From an uncultured Pseudomonadota bacterium (GTDB lineage Bacteria; Pseudomonadota; Alphaproteobacteria; Rs-D84): a stretch of DNA of 64,000 nucleotides. A model generated the notes under the pieces. It saw nothing but the letters and a program-made list of their open reading frames with translations. It was not told the DNA's origin and searched no databases. Where the stretch lies: positions 16,637-80,636 of the forward strand of contig CADCGT010000001.1 in the NCBI GenBank assembly GCA_902801125.1, given 5' to 3'. Position numbers and translations under genes: made by a program. Shown in pieces: positions 18,511-29,242 of the stretch (the first letter of the stretch is position 1; the number at the start of each line of letters is the position of its first letter).

Positions 18511-20275
18511 TACAGAAATATCAAAACAATTTGACCGCCGAAGCGCACTGTTTTTAACAATGGGGGCGATTCTTACATCCGGCCTTATTATGCGAATGTT
18601 GCAAATGCAATTATTCGGATATCATGATTATAAAAAGAAAAGCGAAAATAATTCATTTCGTATCCAGGTTGATATGCCTGAACGCGGTAAAATACTGGCG
18701 CGGGGTGGGGCGGCAATATCACATGATGCGCCTATATATCGCATATATATTATTCCCGAAGAAACCGATGATTTGGAAAATTTGGTAAATATTGTCGCAA
18801 ATGATTTAAACATTGCGAAAAAACGCGTCGACAGAATTTGGCGACACATAAAAAAACAACAAAAATTTCAACCAGTATTGGTTAGTGAAAATACCGATTG
18901 GAATACATTGGCAAAAATCCAGGCAAAAAATCTGCCTGGGTTGCATGTCCAGGGTGGATATGGTCGCGTATATGAACTGGGGCCGGCGGGCGCACAATTT
19001 TTTGGTTATGTTGGCGCACCGGAAAAACCGGTTGCGAACGCGCCTTTCTTTACCAACGGTATAACCGGAATTGAAAAGACATTTAATAAAACACTGGCCG
19101 GGATTCCGGGGCAAACCGTTATGATAACAAACGCCGTTGGACGCATTACCGGCGAAGATAAAACACAATTTCGCCAACCAATTACCGGAAATGATATTAG
19201 AACAACCATAAATGATTCTGCCCAGCGCGTTTTGTATGATTCACTTACCCTGTACAAGGCCGGATGTGGTGTCGCACTGGATATAGAAACAGGCGATATT
19301 TTGGCAATGGCATCCACGCCCAGTTTTGACCCAAATAATTTTTCGGGTGATGATGCAGAAGAATATATAGAAGACCTGCGCCAGAATTTTGCAAAACCGT
19401 TTATGAATAAAGTCTTTGAAGGGTTGTATCCGCCGGGTTCAACATTCAAAATTATTGTTGCCTTGGCCGCATTAGAGGCCGGCGCCGTCACATTAAAAGA
19501 AACCGTATATTGCCCGGGACATTGGGATTATGGTGACCGGCGATATCATTGCTGGGAACACAAGGGGCATGGTAAAGTAAACCTTGTCGGGGCATTGAAA
19601 CATTCGTGCGATATTTATTTCTATCAATTGGCGTTACGCATTGGAATCGATGCAATTAAACGCATGGCAATAAGACTTGGGATGACCGAAAAATTTATCG
19701 AAGATATTATTTCTAAACAAATGCCCGGGATTATCCCAGACAGAAAATGGAAAGAAAAAAATGTCGGTTCAAAATGGGTGCATGGTGACACGGTTATTTC
19801 CGGCATAGGCCAGGGATTTATACTGGTCAACTGTATGCAATTGGCGGTTATGATGGCGCGTGTTGCGTCAAACCGACGCGTTGTGCCGCGGTTGATTTAC
19901 GATGAAAAAAAACCAGAATTTCCATCTATGGGATTACAGGAAAAAAATATTCGCCATGTGTTGGATGGATTGGAAGAAGTCCTTAAAAAGGGTGGGACCG
20001 CATTCGGCAGTGCAATAAATGTAAATGGTGCGAAAATGGGCGGAAAAACCGGCACTTCCCAGGTGCGCAGTATTTCACGCGCCGAACGAATAAGTGGCGT
20101 TTTGACAAACGAACAATTAAAATGGAATATGCGTAATCACGGGTTGTTTGTTGGATACGCGCCGACAAATGCCCCAAAATACGCCGTATGCGTCATTACC
20201 GAACATTCCGGCGGCAGTGGCAGTGCCGCAAGAACCGCCGCCGCAACAATGAAAAAACTGTTAGAAAAAGAATAA
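18503..20275 (+). CDS. mrdA: Penicillin-binding protein 2
   Basis: PGSTFK (SxxK), SCD, KTGT motifs. Confidence 0.95.
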   Translation: MIDTEISKQFDRRSALFLTMGAILTSGLIMRMLQMQLFGYHDYKKKSENNSFRIQVDMPERGKILARGGAAISHDAPIYRIYIIPEETDDLENLVNIVANDLNIAKKRVDRIWRHIKKQQKFQPVLVSENTDWNTLAKIQAKNLPGLHVQGGYGRVYELGPAGAQFFGYVGAPEKPVANAPFFTNGITGIEKTFNKTLAGIPGQTVMITNAVGRITGEDKTQFRQPITGNDIRTTINDSAQRVLYDSLTLYKAGCGVALDIETGDILAMASTPSFDPNNFSGDDAEEYIEDLRQNFAKPFMNKVFEGLYPPGSTFKIIVALAALEAGAVTLKETVYCPGHWDYGDRRYHCWEHKGHGKVNLVGALKHSCDIYFYQLALRIGIDAIKRMAIRLGMTEKFIEDIISKQMPGIIPDRKWKEKNVGSKWVHGDTVISGIGQGFILVNCMQLAVMMARVASNRRVVPRLIYDEKKPEFPSMGLQEKNIRHVLDGLEEVLKKGGTAFGSAINVNGAKMGGKTGTSQVRSISRAERISGVLTNEQLKWNMRNHGLFVGYAPTNAPKYAVCVITEHSGGSGSAARTAAATMKKLLEKE

Positions 20276-20281
20276 AAAACT

Positions 20282-21427
20282 ATGAGCAAACAAACACGTG
20301 TTTCTAATGCAAATATGATGAGTTTTTCCGAAAGACTGTCGCGTTTTTCGTGGGGATTGTTTGTGCCAATGTGTTTGGTTTTGATTATATCAGAAGTAAT
20401 GCTTTATTCTGCGGGTGGTGGGTCATGGAACCCATTTGCATTGTCACAGTTGTTAAAGATTATTGTTGGGTTTGGTGTATTTTTTGTTGCCGCGTTTACA
20501 AATATAAAACTTTGGATTAAATCGGCAAATGTGATTTATGTTATCGCGCTGATTTTAATTATTTTGGTGACATTTGTTGGACATACCGGCATGGGCGCAC
20601 AACGATGGTTAAACCTTGGGTTTATACACATTCAACCATCAGAAATGTTCAAAATGGCGTTGGTTTTGGCATTGGCGCGATATTTCGCATGGATGAATTC
20701 GGTGGATTTAAATAAATTCAAAAACTATATTGTGCCGGCAATGATGATGTTGGTGCCATTCGGACTTATTGTATTACAGCCAGACCTTGGTACGGCATTA
20801 TCTATTGCGATGATTACAATTGGAATGTTCTATATTGTTGGTGCAAATAAAAAGTGGTTTATTATTGGTGCGATACTTGCGGTTATGGCTGCGCCTGTGG
20901 TGTGGTATGGTGGAATGCACCAATATCAACGCGAAAGAATTATTACTTTTTTGGACCCAGACCATGATGCGCGCGGTGCCGGGTACCAGATAAACCAGGC
21001 AAAAATCGCATTCGGCAGTGGTGGCGTCTTTGGCAAAGGATATATGAATGGGTCACAATCGCAACAATCGTTCTTGCCCGAAAAACAGACCGATTTTATA
21101 TTCACTATGCTTGGCGAAGAATTCGGATTTTTTGGTGCATTTTTATTATTGGCACTGTATACATTCATTGTTGCGGTGTTGTTCTGGGCCGCAAAAACAT
21201 GCCGAAACAGGTTTGGACAATTGGTGTGTTTTGGTTTTATGTTGAACTTTTTCATTTATTATTTTATAAATATATCTATGGTTTTGGGTCTTGTCCCAAC
21301 CGTGGGTGTTCCATTACCACTTATGTCCTTTGGCGGCAGCAGTCTTTTATCACTGATGTTCGGATTTGGACTTTGTGAAAATGCGCACATACATAAAGAC
21401 CAACAATTATCTGCCAAAGGAAGTTAG
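20282..21427 (+). CDS. rodA: SEDS peptidoglycan glycosyltransferase RodA
   Basis: GAQRWL, QPSE, QPDLGT, LPEKQTDFIF, GVPLPLMSFGGS. Confidence 0.95.
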   Translation: MSKQTRVSNANMMSFSERLSRFSWGLFVPMCLVLIISEVMLYSAGGGSWNPFALSQLLKIIVGFGVFFVAAFTNIKLWIKSANVIYVIALILIILVTFVGHTGMGAQRWLNLGFIHIQPSEMFKMALVLALARYFAWMNSVDLNKFKNYIVPAMMMLVPFGLIVLQPDLGTALSIAMITIGMFYIVGANKKWFIIGAILAVMAAPVVWYGGMHQYQRERIITFLDPDHDARGAGYQINQAKIAFGSGGVFGKGYMNGSQSQQSFLPEKQTDFIFTMLGEEFGFFGAFLLLALYTFIVAVLFWAAKTCRNRFGQLVCFGFMLNFFIYYFINISMVLGLVPTVGVPLPLMSFGGSSLLSLMFGFGLCENAHIHKDQQLSAKGS

Positions 21428-21429
21428 AA

Positions 21430-23664
21430 ATGAATTTACTTATCGTAGAATCTCCGTCAAAGGCCAAGACAATTGAAAAATACCTTGGTGCCGGGTGGCA
21501 TGTTATCGCATCGGTCGGACATGTGCGGGATTTAGTTCCAGAAAATGGCAGTGTTGATACCGAACATGATTTTGCAATGCGTTGGCAAATTATGCCCGGT
21601 AAAGAAAAACAAATAAAATTGATTACTGATAATGTTAAACGGGCCGATGCAGTATACCTTGCGTCCGATCCGGACCGCGAAGGTGAAGCCATTGCATGGC
21701 ATATTCTTGATATATTAAATTCAAAAAAATTACTTGGTAAAACACCGGTTTATCGTGTCGCGTTCCATGAAATTACAAAGCGCGCGGTTATGGACGCAAT
21801 TGCGCACCCGCGTGAAATAGATTCTGATTTGGTCGATGCATATTTGGTACGGCGCGCGTTGGATTACCTTATTGGATTTGAAATATCGCCACTGCTTTGG
21901 CGGCGGAACCTTGGGAAATCGGCGGGACGCGTGCAATCGGTTGCGGTTAAATTGGTGGTTGACCGTGAACGCGAAATCGAAGATTTTACGGCGGTTGAAT
22001 ATTGGTCTGTGACGGCAAAATGCGATGCAAATAAAAAATATTTTGATGCAAATTTAATATCGTTTGATGGCGAAAAAATCGACAAGATGACATTGAAAAA
22101 CCGTGCCGATGTCGATAATGTTTTATCAAAGTTAAAAACGCCTGTATGCGCCGCGGTTTCCCGTATAGAACGGAAAAAGGTTTCAAACAAACCGTATGCA
22201 CCATTCACGACAAGTACATTACAACAAGAAGCCGCACGCAAATTATATTTTTCATCAAAACGCACTATGTCCGTTGCCCAGAAATTATACGAAAACGGGT
22301 TTATCACATATATGCGAACCGATGCAACAAACCTGTCCATGGATGCGGTAAACGAAATTCGCGGATTTATTGCAAAAAACTATGGCGATAAATTCTTGCC
22401 CGCGTCGCCAAATGTGTATGTCACAAAATCAAAAAATGCCCAGGAAGCACACGAAGCAATTCGTCCAACACACTTTGATTCCGCGGAAAACAACCTTGCG
22501 GGGGATGAAAAGAAACTTTATGATTTGATATGGAAACGAACAATTGCATGTCAAATGACGAATGCAGAATTTGATTCGGTGGCGGCGGATATTTTAACCG
22601 ATGATAAAATCGCAACATTTCATACCGTCGGACGAACACGCACATTTGACGGGTTTATGAAGGTTTATATCGAAGACCGTGACGACGACGAAGAAGAATC
22701 TGATAAAAAATTACCGGCAATGAATGTTGGTGATAAAATTGAAATATCTGAAATAAAACCAGAACAACATTTTACCCAGCCGCCCGCACGATATACCGAG
22801 GCATCATTGGTTAAAAAATTGGAAGAATTGGGAATAGGGCGTCCGTCAACATACGCAACAATTATGTCTACGATTGTTGACCGGCAATATGTTGAACAGG
22901 ATAAACAACGCCGTTTTCATCCAACGCCCGGTGGATGGGTGATTGCCGCATATTTGTCTAAATATTTTACAGATTTGGTCGATGTGAACTTTACCGCAAA
23001 AACCGAAGATACATTGGATGATGTTTCAAATGGCAAGACGGCAAAATTGAACGCGCTGAATGAATTTTGGGGTGATACAAAAAATATGATTGCCGGTGCG
23101 CGTGATATTAAAACAGCCGATATTATCGATAATATAAATAAATTTATGAATAAACATTTGTTCCCGGCGGGTGAAAATAAATGTCCAAAATGTGGTGGCG
23201 CATTGGGAATAAAACTTTCAAAATTTGGACCGTTTATTGGTTGCGAAAATTACCCAACATGTGATTATACAAAACGGCTGTATACGGCGGAAACCACGAC
23301 AGGCGAACAAAATAAAAATGACACCAAAGAATTGGGTGATGGTATTATTTTCCGCGTTGGAAAATTCGGCCCGTATGTGACCGATGGGGTAAAAAATGTG
23401 TCTGCGAAAAAATATAATGCCGATACAATTACACTGGATATCGCGCGCGAATTGTTGGCCGGCGAAAAAAAGAAAGTCGAACCGATTGAAATTGGAAAAA
23501 ATCCGGCAACCGATAAAATGATTTATTTCTATCCAACCGGTCGATATGGCGCGTATATTTCAAGCAACAAGGTAAATGTCAGTGTCAAAGAACAACCCGA
23601 TTTAGACACCGCAATAGATTTGATAAATAATAAAAAACCAAATAAAAGATTTTCGAAAAAATAA
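21430..23664 (+). CDS. topA: DNA topoisomerase I
   Basis: IVESPSKAKTI, DPDREGEAI, SAGRVQS, ITYMRTD, GIGRPSTY. Confidence 0.97.
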   Translation: MNLLIVESPSKAKTIEKYLGAGWHVIASVGHVRDLVPENGSVDTEHDFAMRWQIMPGKEKQIKLITDNVKRADAVYLASDPDREGEAIAWHILDILNSKKLLGKTPVYRVAFHEITKRAVMDAIAHPREIDSDLVDAYLVRRALDYLIGFEISPLLWRRNLGKSAGRVQSVAVKLVVDREREIEDFTAVEYWSVTAKCDANKKYFDANLISFDGEKIDKMTLKNRADVDNVLSKLKTPVCAAVSRIERKKVSNKPYAPFTTSTLQQEAARKLYFSSKRTMSVAQKLYENGFITYMRTDATNLSMDAVNEIRGFIAKNYGDKFLPASPNVYVTKSKNAQEAHEAIRPTHFDSAENNLAGDEKKLYDLIWKRTIACQMTNAEFDSVAADILTDDKIATFHTVGRTRTFDGFMKVYIEDRDDDEEESDKKLPAMNVGDKIEISEIKPEQHFTQPPARYTEASLVKKLEELGIGRPSTYATIMSTIVDRQYVEQDKQRRFHPTPGGWVIAAYLSKYFTDLVDVNFTAKTEDTLDDVSNGKTAKLNALNEFWGDTKNMIAGARDIKTADIIDNINKFMNKHLFPAGENKCPKCGGALGIKLSKFGPFIGCENYPTCDYTKRLYTAETTTGEQNKNDTKELGDGIIFRVGKFGPYVTDGVKNVSAKKYNADTITLDIARELLAGEKKKVEPIEIGKNPATDKMIYFYPTGRYGAYISSNKVNVSVKEQPDLDTAIDLINNKKPNKRFSKK

Positions 23665-25277
23665 TGGCAAAATACGACAATAATTTTACAGACCAATTAC
23701 GCCAAAGGTTATCTGTGGTTGATGTTGTGTCGCGGCGTGTGCCATTGGTTAAACGCGGTCAAAATTATTGGGGATGTTGTCCGTTTCATAATGAAAAAAC
23801 ACCGTCTTTTTCGGTCAGTGAAGATAAAGGTTTTTATCACTGTTTCGGGTGCGGAAAACATGGCGACATTATTTCTTTTACAATGGAATCTGAACATGTT
23901 GATTTTAAAACCGCAATTGCCGAATTGGCCGATATGGCGGGATTAAAATTGCCGACATATAAACCAAAAACAAAACAACAAATTGAATCCGAAGAATCGT
24001 ATATAACCATAACGGCGGCCGCGGCCAAGATTTACGCCGAAAAATTATTTTCACCCGATGGTGCGCATGCGTTGGAATACGTGCGTCGCCGCGGTTTTAG
24101 TGATGAAATGATAAAAAAATATGGCATCGGGTATGCACCAAAAAATAATATTATTTCAAATAAATTTGCGAATATTAAACAAGAAAAAGTTATTGCGACG
24201 GGACTTGTCCGGCGCGGTGATTACGGGTTGTATGATTTCTTTCGTGATAAATTGATGTTTCCTATTTTTAATGCACACGGTCAAATTGTTGCATTTTCCG
24301 GGCGTTCATTGGATGGGTCCGAACCAAAATATATAAATACAACCGATACAGAAATGTTTCATAAACGGCAAACTCTGTTCGGGTTTAATTTTGCACGCGA
24401 ATCTATTCATCGTGCAAACCGCGCAATTATTGTCGAAGGTCAAATTGACGCAATTCAAATGCAATGTCATGGTTTTGGTGAAACGGTTGCGCCACTTGGC
24501 ACCGCATTGACCGAAGACCACATTGCAATTCTGTGCAAGGCAAACAGAAATATTATTTTCTGTTTTGATGGTGATGGGGCGGGGCAAAAGGCCGCCGCGC
24601 GTGCATGTGGTATTATTTTACCATTCTTGCGTGATAATTCTGATGTGCGTTTTGCGTTTGTGACGGGCGGCAAAGACCCAGATGAAGTATTGAAAAATGG
24701 TGGCCCGGGCGAGATGAAAAAAATTATAGATTCGGCGACGCCATTGGTTGATTTTTTATGGAATATTACAAATAAAAACTATTTAATAAATACACCGGCC
24801 GGTCGGGTCCAGGCGGAAAAATTTATCAAAACAAATACCGATAAAATAACCGATAAAATGTTGCGCGCAGAATATGAACGCGAATATAATAATCGTAAAT
24901 TTAATGAATGGCATAAATGGAAAAAAAATTCGGATACGGTAAATATTGATGTCCCGGAAATAGATAACATTATTAAAAACACACTTGTTTATATTGTAAA
25001 TAAATTTCCATCGGTTGCCGAACGATACGGTGATTTTATATCAAAATTTAATCTTGATTTAGATTCAGATGTCAAAGTTGATTTTGATATGGATTTAAAA
25101 TCTGCGGAAAAATATATAATCACTTTAAAGATACAAAAATATATGGAAAGTTTAGAAAAACAAAAACATGATTTAATGGTGCGCGGACTTTCGGGCGAAA
25201 GTGATGTAAGCCAAGAAATCCGCCGTATAGACGATGAAATAAACCGCATGAGAGAGAAGTTCGATTTGTTAGTGTAA
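23664..25277 (+). CDS. dnaG: DNA primase
   Basis: CPFHNEKTPSF Zn finger, PKYIN, VEGQID, FDGDGAG. Confidence 0.97.
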   Translation: MAKYDNNFTDQLRQRLSVVDVVSRRVPLVKRGQNYWGCCPFHNEKTPSFSVSEDKGFYHCFGCGKHGDIISFTMESEHVDFKTAIAELADMAGLKLPTYKPKTKQQIESEESYITITAAAAKIYAEKLFSPDGAHALEYVRRRGFSDEMIKKYGIGYAPKNNIISNKFANIKQEKVIATGLVRRGDYGLYDFFRDKLMFPIFNAHGQIVAFSGRSLDGSEPKYINTTDTEMFHKRQTLFGFNFARESIHRANRAIIVEGQIDAIQMQCHGFGETVAPLGTALTEDHIAILCKANRNIIFCFDGDGAGQKAAARACGIILPFLRDNSDVRFAFVTGGKDPDEVLKNGGPGEMKKIIDSATPLVDFLWNITNKNYLINTPAGRVQAEKFIKTNTDKITDKMLRAEYEREYNNRKFNEWHKWKKNSDTVNIDVPEIDNIIKNTLVYIVNKFPSVAERYGDFISKFNLDLDSDVKVDFDMDLKSAEKYIITLKIQKYMESLEKQKHDLMVRGLSGESDVSQEIRRIDDEINRMREKFDLLV

Positions 25278-25397
25278 GTGGTTATAGTGTTAGTGGTTAG
25301 TGGATAGTGGTTAGTGATTGGTGGCCTCTGGAATAAATTCAGAATTGCAAAATTATTCCAGATTCTACTAACCACTTACACTAGCCACTAACCACTA
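25268..25397 (+). repeat. Heptamer-armed palindromic element, copy 2 (core 25327-25362)
   Basis: Same architecture; holds stops of both convergent genes. Confidence 0.95.
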
Positions 25398-26000
25398 TAA
25401 ACACAATTTTAATTCGTGGTTGTCTTCGTTTTGGTCGATGCGTTTGTTACGAATTTCCATTGCCGCATTTATTTTTTGCTTCATTAAAATACTTTCAGAA
25501 TGTTCAGACATTTTTTGATTTATATCGCCAATCGCAAATTCTATTTCATCGCGCGAAGATACAAATATTGGCATTACAGAATTTGCAGAATTAAATACAG
25601 AATTCTTTATATCGGTTTCTAAATCGTCTATGACCGATAAATATGCATCTATGTGTTTTTTTTCGTGATTTAATATCGCATTATATTCACATGAATTTGG
25701 TTGATGCGAACCATCTATCTTTATCGAAAAATCATTATAACCAATCAATGCGTCCACAGATTTTAATACAACACAAAATCCGCCGTCGGATGAAAATATA
25801 TCAACGGCAATATCATAATCTTCGACCAATGTTGCGACAACATTTGCATGAAATTTATCCATTGGTTCGTTTGATGACGCAACCGATGTTTTATACACCG
25901 GTTTTAATATATTTATTTCCGGTATTTTTTTATATTCAACGCAATTATTTGCATATGCGCAAAATGGAATAAATAAAAAACAGATTATTTTTTTTAACAT
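25395..26000 (-). CDS. Secreted protein with HExxH motif, possible Zn peptidase
   Basis: Signal peptide MLKKIICFLFIPFCAYA; ILNHEKKH; directly follows virB4. Confidence 0.7.
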   Translation of the reverse strand: MLKKIICFLFIPFCAYANNCVEYKKIPEINILKPVYKTSVASSNEPMDKFHANVVATLVEDYDIAVDIFSSDGGFCVVLKSVDALIGYNDFSIKIDGSHQPNSCEYNAILNHEKKHIDAYLSVIDDLETDIKNSVFNSANSVMPIFVSSRDEIEFAIGDINQKMSEHSESILMKQKINAAMEIRNKRIDQNEDNHELKLCL

Positions 26001-26001
26001 G

Positions 26002-28419
26002 TTAAAAATCACCTGCACCTTGCTTTCTAAGGTATTCCGCAACAAACGCCGAACCAAATTGGTTATATAATTCTTCGGCCAATAATACCGATGAACGGCC
26101 TGATTCAAATAAACGCAATAAATTCCCAAGTCCACCAAGTTCAGTATTCAAAATTACCGATTCATTATTTACAGGTCGCGACAATAACACCGCGCGTTTA
26201 AGGTTCGGATAGGCCTTGCCCTGGATAAATGCCATTTCCAATGGATTCAAATTCCAATGTTCATAATCCGACGCGTCCGCCGCCGGGTTACGGAAAAACA
26301 TAATTGTTTGCGCCTGGCCACGGACAACATCACCGATGCCAAGTTTATCAAGAACATTCGCGCGTTGAAACGCAACCATATATGCCTGGCGATTTTTTCT
26401 TCCTTCTTGCAGGCCGGTTATAAAATTATCACGGAACATTTTGTTTTCCAACATTGGCGCGGTTTCGTCAATCATAATCAATGACGGATTTCCACCCGAC
26501 ACCGTCGTATTATTTATTCGATGTAAAATATATGAAATGACCGCCGGCGCAAGGACCGCATCAGCCAATATATCGGTAAAATCAAATGTGGTAAGGCGTG
26601 ATTGTAAATCCAATGTATCGGTTTCTTCATTAAATATATCGCCATATTGTAATGGGTCAATCCACTTTTTAAGTGCAGGGCGCATTTTCCCACTGGAAGA
26701 AAAACAACTTTCATACAAATTTTTCAACATACGGTCTTTATCAGACAGATAATCAAAATTCACCGATACCGCACGCGCAATTTCGTCGGCAGACATTGCA
26801 TCGTTTTGTTCCGATATCATTGCAAACCAACGCCGCAAAAATGCCCGGTTTGCCGCCGTATCCGGCATTTTTAATGGGTTCAAGTGTGTTAAAAACGTAT
26901 CGTTATTTTTTTCTTTGCCGTTCATGGTTATATATTTTCCACCGGTCGCAAGTGTGAATATTTCAGCACCTTTGTTGCGGTCAAAGAAAAACGCCTTTAA
27001 TTTTTTATGACGCAAAGATTGTGCGATTAAAAACGAAAATAATGTTGTTTTACCACCACCCGTCGGACCGATTGTCAATGTATGACCCACCGCCGCCGGT
27101 TTATCGGACACATGAAATTGAAATTGATACGGGGTTCCCTGGGCCGTGGGGAATACAACCAATGGCCCCGGACCCCAATCAGAATTTGTAATACCGCGCG
27201 GAACACTTGACATAGGAATCGATATTGCCGCCGCACGCGATAACATTTTAAATGTGCGCGGGAATGTATCAAAACCCGGAATAATTGAAAAAAGTGATAC
27301 CTTGGACGCAAAGTTTTCTTGGATTGGCGAAACACCGAACGATGCGGATATTTTTTTAAATTCATCAACATATTCTTTTAATTCTTCGGTCGTTTTCGCA
27401 AATATTATAAACAACGGATAATAATTCACCATTGTTTGATTTCCGGATACATTTTCATCCATAACCGATTCCGCACTTGCGATTTGCTCTTCGGTTGAAC
27501 CGTTTTCTTTTTCGGCGGTATTGCGCCGTTGGCGAATTGTTGCTTCGACCGCGGCGGCGTCCATTATCTTGAAACCATTCATACAAATCATTTCTGTTTG
27601 AATTGTATTCACAGAATCATAAAAATCTTCGTCCAAATAATCCGGTGCCGCGCGGAAAGATAATAACGCCGCGTAATATTCACGATTACCACTTATATAT
27701 TTAACAAGTCCGTTGCGCATAAATTCAACATCATCAACAGTGGTAAGTTCGGTTATCTTTTCATCACATGTGGCCGGCGCAGGCTTTGTTATCGGTGAAA
27801 ATATTCGCCCAAAGAAACGCGCCATATTATCACGGGAATTATTTTTCAACATACGCGGTTTGTATGCCGCAAGTATAGATTCAATATAATTTCCATACTG
27901 GTTTAATTTATCACGCGCACCGGTTCCACGAACAGACAACACTATATAATAATTATTAAGGAATATGCGCAAACCCTGGGACCGCCATTTATCATATATA
28001 CGTTGTAAAACCGGTTGGTCAAATTCATAATCTGTGTTTTCACCCGCCGCATCGCGCACAGTAAAAAACCGCATAATAACATTTGGGTCATGAATCTGGT
28101 TAAACAATTGCGCACGCAATTCCAAGAATTTTGCACGATTTTCTTCGGTCTGCATACCCGTTTGCACCCCCGACACCGAATACACACGGACAAGGCATCC
28201 ATCGTTTAATTCCAATGAATCGTCCGTATAGACCGTTTTGAATGGTATATATTCAGAATAATGTTTATAACCAAATTTTGGGAAAATATTCTTGATAATT
28301 GTCGGTATAAACATCATTAAAATAATAAATACCAATATAACCGCAACAACCATAACCGTCAAAGTCATGGTTTCTGAAAGTCCACCACCGGCAAAAAATC
28401 TAAAAAAATCTTGTATCAT
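26002..28419 (-). CDS. virB4: VirB4-family type IV secretion ATPase
   Basis: YQFQFH, GHTLTIGPTGGGKTT, FFDRNKGAE, IMIDE, RKNR; extra N-terminal TM segment. Confidence 0.88.
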   Translation of the reverse strand: MIQDFFRFFAGGGLSETMTLTVMVVAVILVFIILMMFIPTIIKNIFPKFGYKHYSEYIPFKTVYTDDSLELNDGCLVRVYSVSGVQTGMQTEENRAKFLELRAQLFNQIHDPNVIMRFFTVRDAAGENTDYEFDQPVLQRIYDKWRSQGLRIFLNNYYIVLSVRGTGARDKLNQYGNYIESILAAYKPRMLKNNSRDNMARFFGRIFSPITKPAPATCDEKITELTTVDDVEFMRNGLVKYISGNREYYAALLSFRAAPDYLDEDFYDSVNTIQTEMICMNGFKIMDAAAVEATIRQRRNTAEKENGSTEEQIASAESVMDENVSGNQTMVNYYPLFIIFAKTTEELKEYVDEFKKISASFGVSPIQENFASKVSLFSIIPGFDTFPRTFKMLSRAAAISIPMSSVPRGITNSDWGPGPLVVFPTAQGTPYQFQFHVSDKPAAVGHTLTIGPTGGGKTTLFSFLIAQSLRHKKLKAFFFDRNKGAEIFTLATGGKYITMNGKEKNNDTFLTHLNPLKMPDTAANRAFLRRWFAMISEQNDAMSADEIARAVSVNFDYLSDKDRMLKNLYESCFSSSGKMRPALKKWIDPLQYGDIFNEETDTLDLQSRLTTFDFTDILADAVLAPAVISYILHRINNTTVSGGNPSLIMIDETAPMLENKMFRDNFITGLQEGRKNRQAYMVAFQRANVLDKLGIGDVVRGQAQTIMFFRNPAADASDYEHWNLNPLEMAFIQGKAYPNLKRAVLLSRPVNNESVILNTELGGLGNLLRLFESGRSSVLLAEELYNQFGSAFVAEYLRKQGAGDF

Positions 28420-28721
28420 GCCGGTATCCTTTTTGGAATTTTTTCTTTAAACAGTTTTATTTTCGCAACCAAAATTTGCCCCAATTGCGCATCGCGCTTT
28501 GAAAAAGACGCCAAAAACAAATGAACAACAATTACCGAACCCAAAAAATATAATGGGTTAAGGTAAGTATTTACTTTGTCGGTCCCCAAAACAAATATAC
28601 CGATAATATAAAGGGTAGTAAAAATACCAAACTGAACCATAAAATTCAGAATCGCCAAAGTATATGGCACATAGAACAAATGCGACGGATTCGCCAAAGC
28701 TTTCAAGACTTGTTGTCTCAT
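28416..28721 (-). CDS. virB3: VirB3-like membrane protein
   Basis: KALANPSHLFYVP, two TM helices, overlaps virB4 start. Confidence 0.75.
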   Translation of the reverse strand: MRQQVLKALANPSHLFYVPYTLAILNFMVQFGIFTTLYIIGIFVLGTDKVNTYLNPLYFLGSVIVVHLFLASFSKRDAQLGQILVAKIKLFKEKIPKRIPA

Positions 28722-28759
28722 TTTACCGGTATGTCCCCCCTTTACATATTTTTATTATA

Positions 28760-29000
28760 ACAATTTCAACAATTTTCAACAAGCATAAAAAACAAAAACT
28801 TAAAATTGTTGAAATTGTTGAAAACTTGGATTTTTTTCAACCGGTTTTCAACATACCCACTTTTTCAACAGAAACCGCCAAAAACGCATAAAATATGGAA
28901 AAAATTGTTAAAAACTTTGTTAAAAACCAATTTTCAACAATTTCAACAGCCCCAACAACAACAAAATAAATATAATATATTATTTGATTTTTGTTAAAAA
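28760..29000. other. Probable replication origin oriC
   Basis: About 12 WTTTYAACA-type 9-mers on both strands, then GCCCC-(AAC)n-AT-rich tract. Confidence 0.75.
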
Positions 29001-29034
29001 GTGTTTATAATGCCATGGCAAAAAGGATTTTGAT

Positions 29035-29169
29035 ATGAAATTTTTGAGTTCTTTAAAGGCATGGAAAAAACGCGGGAATATTAAACAGGTTCGTCGTGGT
29101 AAACAAATTGTCCTGATTGACCCAGATAACCCAAAGTTCAAGGCTAAACAGGGTTTTAAAAGAAAATAA
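29035..29169 (+). CDS. rpmJ: 50S ribosomal protein L36, type B (Zn-free)
   Basis: Manual translation MKFLSSLKAWKKRGNIKQVRRGKQIVLIDPDNPKFKAKQGFKRK; AAGGA SD. Confidence 0.9.
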   Translation: MKFLSSLKAWKKRGNIKQVRRGKQIVLIDPDNPKFKAKQGFKRK

Positions 29170-29192
29170 CCCTGGGCGGTTGTGCCAATTCT

Positions 29193-29226
29193 TTACGGTA
29201 TTCATTACTGGATGCCGTATTTTTTA
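29193..29226 (+). terminator. Intrinsic terminator after rpmJ
   Basis: TACGGTATTCA-TTAC-TGGATGCCGTA-TTTTTT. Confidence 0.75.
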
Positions 29227-29242
29227 TACTGTTTTTTCCATG

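Noticed and set aside
28664-28997. Short ORFs with QQFQQPQQQQ
   Set aside because: Translation artefacts of the TTTTCAACA boxes and AAC trios.
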